A stretch of 64,000 bases of DNA from an uncultured delta proteobacterium (GTDB taxonomy: Bacteria > Chloroflexota > Dehalococcoidia > Dehalococcoidales > BS750m-G39), in contig CAVTZP010000007.1 in assembly GCA_963739245.1 (NCBI GenBank), positions 26,927 to 90,926 on the forward strand. Direction: 5' to 3'. The notes under the pieces were generated by a model. That model worked only from the letters and a program-made list of their open reading frames with translations. It searched no databases and was not told the origin of the DNA. Shown here one piece after another: positions 1-10,200 of this stretch. Made by a program: the position numbers and the translations under genes. The number at the start of each line of letters is the position of its first letter. Position 1 is the first letter of the stretch.

Positions 1-1689
1 CGGCATCAGGCTGATGGTTCCGGCCATCGGGCAGAGGAACTTGGATCCGGAATAGATTAATATATCGCGAATAGGCAGCGTCCACCCCTTGGGAACACCC
101 TTGAGGGTGGGGTCATGAGTAAGGCTTAGATGTGTCTTGACCATCATGGTAGCATACTCATCATACTTGGGGTCAGCCTCAAAAGCTTTAGCCTTGGCTT
201 CGGCTTCCGGGCTCCAGGACACACCATCAGCCCCGTAGACTACCTTGGCAACCTTATCTACTCTGTCTCTCAGCTTCATTTCATTGGGATAGAGGAACCT
301 GAAGTCATTCTTCTCCTCGCAGGCTTCTTTGACGGCGTCAGCCAGTTCCAGGGCACCAGCGCCGCCGTTAGAATAATGAGATGATGTGGCACAACGAGCT
401 CCCGCTGCCTCGGCTGCCTTGCGAACGATGGCAATCTCTTCCTTGGTATCAGTGGGGAAGCTATTGACACACACCACCGGGTTGATGCCCGAGGCTCTGA
501 TGATATTGATGTGGTGCACCAGATTGATGCAGCCCTTCTCCACTAACTCCGGTGCTGATTTCTTATAGGCTTCAGGCAGAGCTACACCAGCAACTACCTT
601 GGGACCACCGCCGTGCATCTTCAGCGACCGGACAGTGGCGACAAGCACCGACACATTTGGCTTGAGACCACTGTAGCGGCACTTGACGTTCCAGAACTTT
701 TCAAAGCCAATGTCAGCGGCAAAGCCGCTCTCGGTAACATGGTAATCAAACATCTTCAGTCCGAGGCGGTCAGCAATAATTGATGACTGCCCGACGGCGA
801 TGTTGGCAAATGGGCCGGCATGCACCATACAAGGCTGGTATTCTGCAGTACAACAGAGGGTGGGGTTAATGGTGTTGCGCATCCAGGCGGTCATGGCGCC
901 GGCTACCTCCAGGTCTCCCGTAGTAATGGGGTTCCCCTTCTTATCAAAGGCCACCGTGATGTGATTCATTCTTTCCCGCAGGTCAGCCAAATCTCTGACG
1001 ATAGACAGCATCGCCATCAGCTCCGAGCTCACCGCGATGCCAAACTTGGACTGCATCAGAAAGCCGTCCATACGCCCGCCGATGCCAATGATTATATTGC
1101 GGAGACTCTGGGCGCAGAAGTCCATTATCCAGCCCATCTCCACGCGGTTGGGGTCGACATCCAGCCGGCGCATCTTACTAAGCCTGGCTAGCTGGTCATC
1201 ATCATAGTTACGCTCGTGCTGCATCCGGGCAGTAAGGGCTACCATCGCCAGATTGTGGGCATTCATGATATCATTAATATCACCGGTAAGACCCATAGAA
1301 AACTCGGTGTGGGGGATAAGTATGGCGTTGCCGCCGCCGGCGGCGGTGCCCTTGACATTCATCGTGGGACCACCGGAAGGCTGGCGGATGCAGCCGCCAA
1401 CATTCTCCCCCTGCTTGCCCAAACCCTCCATAAGACCCATCGTGGTCGTTGTCTTCCCTTCGCCCAGGGGGGTGGGGGTAACCGCCGTCACCTCAATGTA
1501 CTTACCGTCTGGTTTATTCTTTAGCCTTTCCATAACCTTCAGGAAATCGAGCTTGGCTACCTTCCCATAAGCAAGTACTTCATCCTTTTTTAGACCCAGT
1601 TTCTCCCGCCACTCCTCTGGTGTTGGCATGTGCTCTTCTGCCGCTTCGGCAATCTGCCAATCTGCCATTTTTGACACATCGTAAGCCAT
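1..1689 (-). CDS. fhs: formate--tetrahydrofolate ligase (3' end runs off the window edge)
   Basis: Open minus-strand frame from the ATG at 1689 to position 1, absent from the ORF track because it is truncated. My translation starts [20 protein letters not shown] and contains the FTHFS nucleotide-binding signature [12 protein letters not shown]. Confidence 0.9.
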   Translation of the reverse strand, partial: MAYDVSKMADWQIAEAAEEHMPTPEEWREKLGLKKDEVLAYGKVAKLDFLKVMERLKNKPDGKYIEVTAVTPTPLGEGKTTTTMGLMEGLGKQGENVGGCIRQPSGGPTMNVKGTAAGGGNAILIPHTEFSMGLTGDINDIMNAHNLAMVALTARMQHERNYDDDQLARLSKMRRLDVDPNRVEMGWIMDFCAQSLRNIIIGIGGRMDGFLMQSKFGIAVSSELMAMLSIVRDLADLRERMNHITVAFDKKGNPITTGDLEVAGAMTAWMRNTINPTLCCTAEYQPCMVHAGPFANIAVGQSSIIADRLGLKMFDYHVTESGFAADIGFEKFWNVKCRYSGLKPNVSVLVATVRSLKMHGGGPKVVAGVALPEAYKKSAPELVEKGCINLVHHINIIRASGINPVVCVNSFPTDTKEEIAIVRKAAEAAGARCATSSHYSNGGAGALELADAVKEACEEKNDFRFLYPNEMKLRDRVDKVAKVVYGADGVSWSPEAEAKAKAFEADPKYDEYATMMVKTHLSLTHDPTLKGVPKGWTLPIRDILIYSGSKFLCPMAGTISLMP

Positions 1690-1719
1690 AGGAACCCCTT
1701 TCGTTTTAATATTTTTTAA

Positions 1720-2493
1720 TTATGATACCACAGTTGGTAACAAGGCATGGTAGATTTTTCTCACTTCACTGATAACCGGCTGACTGGCATCAAGAACCGG
1801 ACGATGGCTAAGGTCAGCATTAACTATTGCCTGGTCATAGGGGATGAAACCGAGGAATTCAAAACCGGAAAGGCTAGAGGCCAGGAATTCCCTATCTGAT
1901 TGACTCCGGACTTTGTTGGCGACTATTGCGATATTTTGTAAACCAATCTCCCCGGCCAGCTTATTGATTCTATGGGCAGTCTCAACGCTCGTTCTGCCCG
2001 GTTCCACCACTATAATCAGCTTATCCACTGCCTTAGCGGTGGCTCGCCCCAGATGCTCTACCCCAGCCTCCATGTCCAGAATAACCACTTCATTTCGTTC
2101 CAGGAGCAAGTGAGTAATCAGGGCTTGTAGCAAGGCATTTTCCGGGCAATAGCAACCACTACCCCCCTTCTTAATTCGCCCCATCACCATTAGTTTGATG
2201 CCGTTATATTCCCGAAAGTATTTTTCGGGCAAATCATCAACCTTGGGATTTAGCTTAAAAAAGCCCCCGACCTGACCGGCTGGTGCTCCAGTCCGTTCCT
2301 CAATAAGAGCGCGCATCTCAGATATAGGGGTTATCTCATCAGGATGGGGAAAGCCAAGGGTGGCTGCTAGATTAGAATTGGGGTCGGCATCTATCGCTAA
2401 AACGGCGTAGCCAGCCTCAGCAAATGTCCGGGAAAGGAGTGAGGCTAATAGGGTCTTCCCTACCCCGCCCTTACCGCTAATAGCAATCTTCAT
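1720..2493 (-). CDS. cooC: CooC/AcsF-type Ni-insertion accessory ATPase (MinD/ParA fold)
   Basis: 257 aa with the deviant P-loop SGKGGVGKT at the N-terminus and a GSGCYCPEN Cys-x-Cys metal motif. It lies immediately upstream of fhs on the same strand. Confidence 0.75.
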   Translation of the reverse strand: MKIAISGKGGVGKTLLASLLSRTFAEAGYAVLAIDADPNSNLAATLGFPHPDEITPISEMRALIEERTGAPAGQVGGFFKLNPKVDDLPEKYFREYNGIKLMVMGRIKKGGSGCYCPENALLQALITHLLLERNEVVILDMEAGVEHLGRATAKAVDKLIIVVEPGRTSVETAHRINKLAGEIGLQNIAIVANKVRSQSDREFLASSLSGFEFLGFIPYDQAIVNADLSHRPVLDASQPVISEVRKIYHALLPTVVS

Positions 2494-2615
2494 TGGAATC
2501 CTGCTTTAGGCACAATTAAAGCTAAGACTTAAAGGAGAAAACTTTCAAGCTTAGCTCCGTCAGATTGCCCGTTAGTTATTAATAAGGACTATATCTTGGG
2601 TACTAAACCATAAGT

Positions 2616-2645
2616 AGTATATCTTATCGGTGAATGAGAAGTCAA
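2616..2645 (-). promoter_or_regulatory. candidate sigma-70 promoter for cooC-fhs
   Basis: Read on the minus strand: TTGACT, 18 nt, TATACT. It sits about 115 nt upstream of the cooC ATG. Confidence 0.35.
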
Positions 2646-2661
2646 TAGATTGCGTTGTTCC

Positions 2662-3900
2662 TTATTTAGTTCTCTGCTCTTCTATCAATTTCTCCCCATA
2701 CTCAAGTAAAAGCTTGGCTCGTTCTAGGGCTATCTTCTTTGATTCAAGATAAGCCTTCAGGGCGTCAAGGGGGGTTATTTCCTCAGCTGTCCACTTTCCC
2801 AGCCTGAGGCGGGTCTCCCGCTTAATATCCTTGGCAATGGTAAGGTAATAAGCCTCTTTCATGGCATTCCTGATGTCATTGTCCCTCAGCCCACCTTCGC
2901 CCTCCGCCGGCAGGCTAATGCTCAGCCGTACTATGGCATCCTTTATCTTGTCTTGCTGCTCAGCGATAGCTTTGAGCACTGTTGCCGTCGGGCCGGTGTC
3001 CTCCGGTTTAATATCGGCACTAATAGTAAGAAATCGGCGGCCAGTCACCGGATGGAAGTCAAAGGAAATAACCCTTCCCCCCTTTTCCTTACTCGGGTCA
3101 ATTTCCACGAGGTAAAAGCCCTTATCATCCTTCTCCTCGCCGAAATCAAGTCGCTCCAGACTGCCGGGATAAACTACCGGCGGGTCACTATTCAGAACCT
3201 GGTGTTTGTGAATATGACCTAGGGCAATATAATCAAAGGCAGGATTGGCAACATCGCTCAGCAGTAAGGCATGCTCCTGCCCGATGACCATTGACCTCTC
3301 TGAGCCTACCTGGGCGCCGGAGACCCAGACATGGGCCGCCAGTATCGCCGGCAATTCCGGGGCAAGCTTTGCGATATCGGCCGCGATGACACTGCTTAGT
3401 GCCTGCTCCAGCCTCTGGTTTATCTGGTCAAGGGTTAGATTTTTGGTCTCTTCTCTAGTCAGTAGAGCGCTGCGCCTCAGCCAGGGTAAGGAGACGATTT
3501 GAACTGTCCCGCTATTGGTCGGAATACGGTATATCTCAGGGCGGTTGGAGACATAGACATTTCTCACCGCCAGGGTATCAAAGATTTCAGTGGTAGTAGC
3601 CCGGCCGATGGCATTAGGCAGGTCGTGGTTGCCGACGAGGAGAAAGATAGGAATACCGCTGGTGGAGAGGCGATTAATTCTTTTGGCAAACTCCCGCTGG
3701 TGAGTCTGGGTTGGCTCGCGGCTTCTATAAGCATCGCCGCAGAAGAGGACAAGGTCTACCTTATTCTCTATGGCAAAATCCACTACCTGGTCTAAAGCAT
3801 TTAGAAAGTCAAGCAGGCGCGAGGATAGTCCAGTAGCCGGGTCAAGATGACCATAGGTCTCAACGCCAAGGTGAAGGTCGGCAAAGTGGAGGATTTTCAA
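2662..3900 (-). CDS. sbcD: SbcD/Mre11-family nuclease (calcineurin-like phosphoesterase)
   Basis: 412 aa with metallophosphoesterase motifs HFADLHLG, GDAY and GNHD. TTG start. No sbcC-like partner is adjacent. Confidence 0.75.
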   Translation of the reverse strand: MKILHFADLHLGVETYGHLDPATGLSSRLLDFLNALDQVVDFAIENKVDLVLFCGDAYRSREPTQTHQREFAKRINRLSTSGIPIFLLVGNHDLPNAIGRATTTEIFDTLAVRNVYVSNRPEIYRIPTNSGTVQIVSLPWLRRSALLTREETKNLTLDQINQRLEQALSSVIAADIAKLAPELPAILAAHVWVSGAQVGSERSMVIGQEHALLLSDVANPAFDYIALGHIHKHQVLNSDPPVVYPGSLERLDFGEEKDDKGFYLVEIDPSKEKGGRVISFDFHPVTGRRFLTISADIKPEDTGPTATVLKAIAEQQDKIKDAIVRLSISLPAEGEGGLRDNDIRNAMKEAYYLTIAKDIKRETRLRLGKWTAEEITPLDALKAYLESKKIALERAKLLLEYGEKLIEEQRTK

Positions 3901-3917
3901 CCTCTCCCCCCCCCTAT

Positions 3918-3945
3918 TATTAAAAAGAGGGGCTTCGCCCCTCTT
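3918..3945 (-). terminator. Rho-independent terminator downstream of glyQS
   Basis: Minus strand reads AAGAGGGGC-GAA-GCCCCTCTT followed by TTTTTAATAAT, starting 7 nt after the glyQS stop. Confidence 0.7.
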
Positions 3946-3951
3946 AACTCC

Positions 3952-5331
3952 CTACTGTTTAGATGTTCCCCCCTCTTTCCATATCTTGCCGCCGGGGGGA
4001 AGGATAAATAGGTCTTCGCCTTCCAGCTTGGCTTGGAGGGTCTTCTTTAGCTCGGCGATGGGGACTCGTATCTGGTTCAGGCTGTCGCGCTCCCTGATGG
4101 TGACCTGCTTATCCTCAAGCGACTGGAAGTCAACGGTAACACAGAAGGGGGTGCCAATCTCGTCCTGGCGCCGGTAGCGCCGCCCGATTGACTGGGCATC
4201 ATCATACTGCGTCATAAAGTGCCGGCGCAGGTCAGTGTATATCTCCTTAGCCAGAGAGGCCAGGTTCTCCCGCCGGCTCAAGGGCAATATCGCCACCTTA
4301 ATTGGGGCCAGGTCGGGGTGGAGATGGAGCACCACCCGTAGTTCGCCCTCAGCCATCTCTTCATCATAGGCATCGCACAAAAAAGCAAGGCAGGAGCGGT
4401 CAACCCCAGCCGATGGCTCAATGATATAAGGGGTGATATGCTCCTTGGTCTCTTCATCATAATAGCTCAGGCTCTTGCCGCTAAAACTTGAGTGCTGAAC
4501 CAGGTCAAAGTCGCCGCGGTTGGCAATACCCTCCAGCTCCGCCCAGCCCATAGGGAATAGATAGTCAATGTCAGAGCACTCCTTGGCATAGTGCGCCAGT
4601 TCTTCTTTGCTGTGCGGGCGAAGCCTGAGGTTTTCCTTCTTGATGCCCAGCTTCGCATACCAGTTGGTGCGCTCCTCAACCCAGTAGTCAAACCACTGCT
4701 TAGCGCTATCCGGCTTAACGAAGAACTCAATCTCCATCTGCTCAAACTCGCGACAGCGGAAGATAAAGTTGCCGGTGGTAATCTCGTTGCGGAAGGCTTT
4801 GCCTATTTGAGCGATGCCGAAGGGCAGCCTCTTTCTGGTGCTATTGACCACATTCTCAAAGTTGACAAACATACCCTGAGCGGTCTCCGGACGCAGATAG
4901 ACCACACTAGCCTCGTCCTCAATCGGACCGATAAAGGTCTTAAACATCAGGTTAAACAGGCGAGGCTCGGTCAGCTCGCCACCGCAGGAGGGACAGCTAC
5001 TGCCCTTTAGCTCATCACTGCGCCAGCGCAGGTGGCAGCTCTTGCACTCAACCAGAGGGTCAGTAAAACTTTCAATATGTCCGCTGGCTTCCCACGTCCG
5101 GGGGTGCATCAGGATACTGGCATCCAGACCCACCATATCCTCGCGTTCCTGAACCACTGCCCGCCACCAGGCCCTTTTTACATTCTGTTTCAGCTCTACA
5201 CCCAGAGGTCCGTAGTCCCAGCAGCTGGACAAGCCGCCATAGATTTCGCTGCTGGGGAAGATAAAGCCGCGCCGCTGGCACAGCGAGACAATCTTTGCCA
5301 TATCAACCTTCGCTGGTGCTGACTCAGCCAC
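3952..5331 (-). CDS. glyQS: glycine--tRNA ligase (single-chain class II type)
   Basis: 459 aa with the typical N-terminus RRGFIFPSSEIYGG, class II motifs and a C-terminal anticodon-binding region. Confidence 0.9.
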   Translation of the reverse strand: MAESAPAKVDMAKIVSLCQRRGFIFPSSEIYGGLSSCWDYGPLGVELKQNVKRAWWRAVVQEREDMVGLDASILMHPRTWEASGHIESFTDPLVECKSCHLRWRSDELKGSSCPSCGGELTEPRLFNLMFKTFIGPIEDEASVVYLRPETAQGMFVNFENVVNSTRKRLPFGIAQIGKAFRNEITTGNFIFRCREFEQMEIEFFVKPDSAKQWFDYWVEERTNWYAKLGIKKENLRLRPHSKEELAHYAKECSDIDYLFPMGWAELEGIANRGDFDLVQHSSFSGKSLSYYDEETKEHITPYIIEPSAGVDRSCLAFLCDAYDEEMAEGELRVVLHLHPDLAPIKVAILPLSRRENLASLAKEIYTDLRRHFMTQYDDAQSIGRRYRRQDEIGTPFCVTVDFQSLEDKQVTIRERDSLNQIRVPIAELKKTLQAKLEGEDLFILPPGGKIWKEGGTSKQ

Positions 5332-5815
5332 GCTGCCCTCCTCTCACCTTTGACAAAATCAAGACTCCGAACATCACTAGACTAATAGTAACTAGCCCCA
5401 GAACAACTAACAGAAATACCCACATCGGCATAAGGTGTATTTGGTATGAATTGTAGCTGAAAATATCAACCATTGCAAAGCAGATTATAAACTGAGGCAG
5501 GGCAACGAAATTACCCGTAAATAAGACTAACCTCTCCGGTTTTATCTTGGTGCTCCCGGCTTGCCCGAATAAAGTGCTTAGTTTAGTTACCCCCCAAGCA
5601 ATGCCCCCACCCAGAAGGACAAAGACAAGCTGTAGCGCAAGCACCCAGAACATGGTCATCTCCCGGCTTAGCCACCTATCTGGTGTGCCATCAGGCTCAA
5701 AGTGGTAGGCTACCTCGGCAGGAAGCAGGGGGTAAAAGTAGGCTGACAAAGCCGCAGACAGGAGTAAAATGGCTATCGGCACTATGATGTAGCTCAGGCG
5801 CATATCAATTTTCAA
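5324..5815 (-). CDS. DUF1648-like integral membrane protein
   Basis: 163 aa with 4 predicted TM helices. The N-terminal segment YHFEPDGTPDRW resembles the DUF1648/SdpI-type N-terminal domain. Confidence 0.45.
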   Translation of the reverse strand: MKIDMRLSYIIVPIAILLLSAALSAYFYPLLPAEVAYHFEPDGTPDRWLSREMTMFWVLALQLVFVLLGGGIAWGVTKLSTLFGQAGSTKIKPERLVLFTGNFVALPQFIICFAMVDIFSYNSYQIHLMPMWVFLLVVLGLVTISLVMFGVLILSKVRGGQRG

Positions 5816-5816
5816 T

Positions 5817-6683
5817 TCAAAGATACGGGGCTAATACCCTCATTGGTGATACTATGTTTCGTGACAGCCCCAGGGCGTCAGGCTTGATACCCAGGGCGAC
5901 ACCGACCAGTTGCGTAAGGAAGAGGACGGGAAGGTTATACTTGGTCTTGAACCGGCTGTTGACCTGGCTCTGGTAGGCATCAAGGTTAATCTGACACAAG
6001 GGGCAGGGGGTAACCAGACATTGGGCGCCATTCTCCTGGGCATTGCGCAAAAGTTTATTAATCAGCTCCAAGGCCACCCCTGGCTCAGGCATAACCAGAG
6101 AGCTACCACAGCAACGAGCCTTCAGCTCCCAGGAAACGACATCAGCCCCAAGACTGGCTACCAGCTCATCCAGTGAGTGGGGGGACTCCGGGTCATCGAA
6201 GCCATCGGGACGAACCAACTGACAGCCGTAGTACGACGCTACCCTAAGCCCCTTGAGGGGCTTGGTTACCTTAGCCCTGATCGCCTCAGGGGTAATATCG
6301 TTATATAAGACCTCAGCCAGGTGCCGAACCCGAACTCCTCCCTTATAGTCCAAACCAGCCGCAGCCAGTGCCTCACCTACCTTCTTTTTGAGGATGGGGT
6401 ATTCCTTAAGATGGACATTGGCTCCGTGTAAGACGACAAAACAATTGGAGCACGGGGTTACCAGGTCAAGTCCGGTCTTTTCCGCCAGTACTAGATTTCT
6501 GGCGGCAATGCAGGCCGCCTCCAGCTTATCTACCGAACCGTAGGGGCTGGAGCCGCAGCAATTCCAATCATCAAGCTCAACCAAGTCCATATCCAATTCC
6601 TTGGCAACAGGTAGGACCGAAAGACCTAAGTGTGAAGCTGTAGCCTCAGCTGAGCAACCAGGGAAATAGGAATAACGTTTCAT
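5817..6683 (-). CDS. hdrB: heterodisulfide reductase subunit B-like (two CCG domains)
   Basis: 288 aa with two CCG-domain motifs: NCCGSS...PCSNC and RCCGSS...PCPLC. Confidence 0.85.
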   Translation of the reverse strand: MKRYSYFPGCSAEATASHLGLSVLPVAKELDMDLVELDDWNCCGSSPYGSVDKLEAACIAARNLVLAEKTGLDLVTPCSNCFVVLHGANVHLKEYPILKKKVGEALAAAGLDYKGGVRVRHLAEVLYNDITPEAIRAKVTKPLKGLRVASYYGCQLVRPDGFDDPESPHSLDELVASLGADVVSWELKARCCGSSLVMPEPGVALELINKLLRNAQENGAQCLVTPCPLCQINLDAYQSQVNSRFKTKYNLPVLFLTQLVGVALGIKPDALGLSRNIVSPMRVLAPYL

Positions 6684-7231
6684 TTAGCACCTCCCAGAAC
6701 CCTGGCTTTATTCAGGATAGCCCTAAGTTCGCCTATTCCCTTTATCCGGCTTGGCTTTAGTGGCAGGCGCTGATGCAAAAGTAACCCCAGCCCGACCGGT
6801 GCTAGCTTAAGGGCGGCAAAGGGATTGGTTTTAAGGAAGAGCTTGAGCATCATGCCGAGCTCATATACCCGCCCATTGCCCTTAGCTGAGTCAACAAAGC
6901 ATTGATACATCACCGGTGTCCGGCTTAGCCTGGTGCTCAAGCCATTCTTGATAGCTAGGACTTCCAGGGCATGCATAATATCCGTAGGCTTAATGTCCCG
7001 CGGGCAACGCACGGTGCAGGCATAACAAGAAGCACAGAACCACATGGAATTGCTGGATAATAACTCGTCCCTCAGCCCAGCCCGCACCATAGCAATAGTC
7101 TGCCGCGGTGCGTAGTCCCATTTGGTAGCAGTAGGACAGGAGCCGGTGCACATACCGCACTGAATACAGGAACGAATAGCCTCGCCACCGGGGACGGAAC
7201 ACACCTCATCAATAAAGCTCATCTCAGCCAT
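6680..7231 (-). CDS. hdrC: heterodisulfide reductase subunit C-like (2x[4Fe-4S])
   Basis: 183 aa with CIQCGMCTGSCP and CASCYACTVRCP motifs. Translationally coupled to hdrB by a 4-nt overlap. Confidence 0.8.
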   Translation of the reverse strand: MAEMSFIDEVCSVPGGEAIRSCIQCGMCTGSCPTATKWDYAPRQTIAMVRAGLRDELLSSNSMWFCASCYACTVRCPRDIKPTDIMHALEVLAIKNGLSTRLSRTPVMYQCFVDSAKGNGRVYELGMMLKLFLKTNPFAALKLAPVGLGLLLHQRLPLKPSRIKGIGELRAILNKARVLGGAK

Positions 7232-7246
7232 TTAGATTCCTCCTTC

Positions 7247-10200
7247 TTATACCAAAACCCCCTCTATCTCAGCCATTAATTCCCGGGTAGTAAAGTGCCT
7301 GCCAGCAATGGCGCCGCTGGGACAGGCAGCTACGCACACACCACAGCCCTTGCATAGCGTCTCGTTAACCCGGCTGACCCTCTTTTCCTCATCAAAGGAA
7401 ATGGCATGGAACGGACAGAGAGCACTACATGTCTTGCATCCGGAGCAGAACTCCTCGTCAACCACGGCCGTAGTCGCCTCAATCTCTATTTCGCCGGCAG
7501 TGATGGTAGCCAAAGCCCGGGCGGCAGCCGCTGAAGCCTGAACCACACTCTGCGGAATATCCTTGGGCGACTGACAGCAGCCGACGACGAAAATGCCATC
7601 GCTCATTGTTGCCACCGGGTCAAGCTTGGGGTGCTTCTCCAGGAAGAAACCATCGGCACTTCGACTGAGTGAAAACAGCCTAGCCATCTCATCGGCATCT
7701 GCCCTCGGTTGGAGAGCCGTGCTCAATACTACCATATCAACCGGGACACGGCGCTGGCGACCGATGAGGGTGTCCTCAACGACTATAATAAGCTTGCCCT
7801 GCTCCTCGGGACTCTCGGTGATATTGGTTACCTCCGCCGGGCGGCCACGGACAAATATTGTCCCTTCATCAAGAACGCGGTTATAGAACTCCTCAAAGGC
7901 TTTACCCACGCATCGGAGGTCAATATAGAATTCGTAGACCTGGGCTCCGGGGACATGCTCTCTTATCAGGTGACCAAACTTCATTGAGTACATGCAGCAC
8001 ACCTGCGAGCAATACTCATGATACTTCTTATCCCGGCTACCCACGCAGTGGATAACACCCACCGTCTTGGGATGGGAGCCATCCTTCAGCTTAACCTCGC
8101 CGCTGGTTGGTCCCGAGGCATTAATCAGCCGCTCAAACTCAAAGGCGGTGATGACATTATCAAGACGTCCATAGCCATAATAGTAGAGCGGAGTCGGGTC
8201 AAAGGCATCGTAGCCAGTAGCTAGGATTATGTTACCAACCTCCACCTCCACTAGCTCCTCCCTCATCTCCTGATTGATTGCCCCGGCTTGGCATATCTTA
8301 ACGCACTCCATGCACTCAGAACACACACCACAATTCAAGCAACGCTTGGCTTCGTCAATAGCCGTCTTTTCATCAAAGCCGAGCTCAACCTCGGCAAATC
8401 CCTCCCGCCTCTTAGGGTCAAGCGTTGGCATAGTATGCCTTGCCCTGGCTACTACCCCCTGCTTTGACACCTCTTTCACCCTGGTGATAGGGGCTGGTCT
8501 CCCCGCTTTCAGGTCAACCCCCCTGAGGTGGCGGTCTATTGAGATGGCGGCTTCCTTGCCCGCAGCAATGGCGGCAATGACATCGTCAGGACCGGAAACT
8601 ACATCGCCACCGGCAAAAACACCCTCAATGTTTGTCTGCAGGGTTACCTGGTCAACAGCCAGAGTCCCCCACCCGGTGTATTCAAGCTCCTTGGGCAGCG
8701 CTGCCTTATCCATCGCCTGCCCGATGGCGACAATTACACTATCAACATCCATATTGAATTCCGAGCCCTTAATCGGCATCGGGCGCCGACGGCCACTGGC
8801 ATCAGGTTCCCCCAGCTCCATCCGAATACACTGGATGCCAGTTACCCGCTCATCCTTAGCTAGAACCCTGACCGGCGCGGTCAGGAGGTGGAGATTTATT
8901 CCCTCACGCTCCACCTCATCCATCTCAGTGGAAACAGCGGGCATCTCAGCTCGGGAGCGCCGATAGACAAGAGAAACCTCTTTTGCCCCAAGGCGATGGG
9001 CTACCCTAGCGGCGTCTACCGCCGCATTGCCCCCGCCGATAACCACCACCCTCTCCCCAAGGTCAACCTTAATCCCCAAGCTAACCTGCTTTAGAAAATC
9101 CAGGGCATGGATTACACCCTTGGCGTCTTCATTAGGTATCCCCATCTTCAAACTTTCCCCGGCACCGCTAGCCAGGAATATGGCTTCATAGCCCTGACTG
9201 AAGATATCCTCAAGGTTCTTCATCGGGGCATTGGTCTTTATCTCCACCCCCAGCTCTTCAATATAGCTAATTTCATTAGCCACTACCTTCTTTGGCAGCC
9301 TGTGTTCAGGGATACCGTAGCGCAGAAGACCACCGCTTGCCGGGGCAGCCTCAAAGACGGTAACCGGATATCCTTGCCGTATCAGGTCGTAGGCGCAGGC
9401 CAATCCCGCTGGACCAGAGCCAATAATCGCTACCCTATCTTCCTTCGTCCGTTCAATCGGGGTTGCCTTCTTCCTCCCCACCTTCAGCTCGTAATCAGCC
9501 ATGAAACGCTTTAGAGCGCGGATGGAAACCGGCTCATCAACCTTCCCCCGCTCACACTCCAGCTCACAGGGGTGAGTGCAGACACGCCCGCAGACGCCGG
9601 CAAAGGGCATAGTTCGCCGCAGCACCTCAAGGGCTTCCTTAAACTTACCCTGAGAGATAAGGGCGACATACCCCTGGGCATTTACCCCGGCCGGACAGGC
9701 AGAGCGGCACGGTGGGTAGCCCCGCTTATCAACAGTAAAGGCATTGGGCACCGCCTGAGGGAAGGGCCTATAGATTGCCTTCCTCTGCCCCAGCCCAAGG
9801 TCAAACTCGTTGGGTACCGTAACGGGGCAGGAATTAGCACACTCACCACAGCCGGTGCACTTATCAATATCTACATATCTAGCCTTCTTTTTTATCTTAA
9901 CCTTGAAGTTGCCAACATACCCTGAGACATCAACCACCTGGCTATAGGACATTAGCTCAACATATGGGTGAGCCCCAGCCAGACTCATCTTAGGGGTAAG
10001 AATGCAAGCCGAGCAGTCAAGGGTGGGGAAGGTCTTATCCAGTTGCGCCATATGCCCCCCAATGCTGGGCGTTCTCTCCACCAGGTAGACCTTATGCCTG
10101 GAATCAGCAATCTCCAGTGCCGCCTGAATGCCGGCAATGCCCCCTCCCACCACCAGGGTATTGGGGTTGACCGGGACTCTCTTGGGCTCCAGGGGCTCCT

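Noticed and set aside
8274-8966. Long antisense ORFs inside large genes, for example 8274..8966 in hdrA, 24103..24819 in pdxS, 36202..36741 in the OFOR gamma gene, and 4591..5010 in glyQS.
   Set aside because: Their composition is low-complexity and rich in Ser, Pro, Ala and Arg, typical of shadow ORFs opposite real genes. They have no start context, and the opposite strand has unambiguous family signatures.
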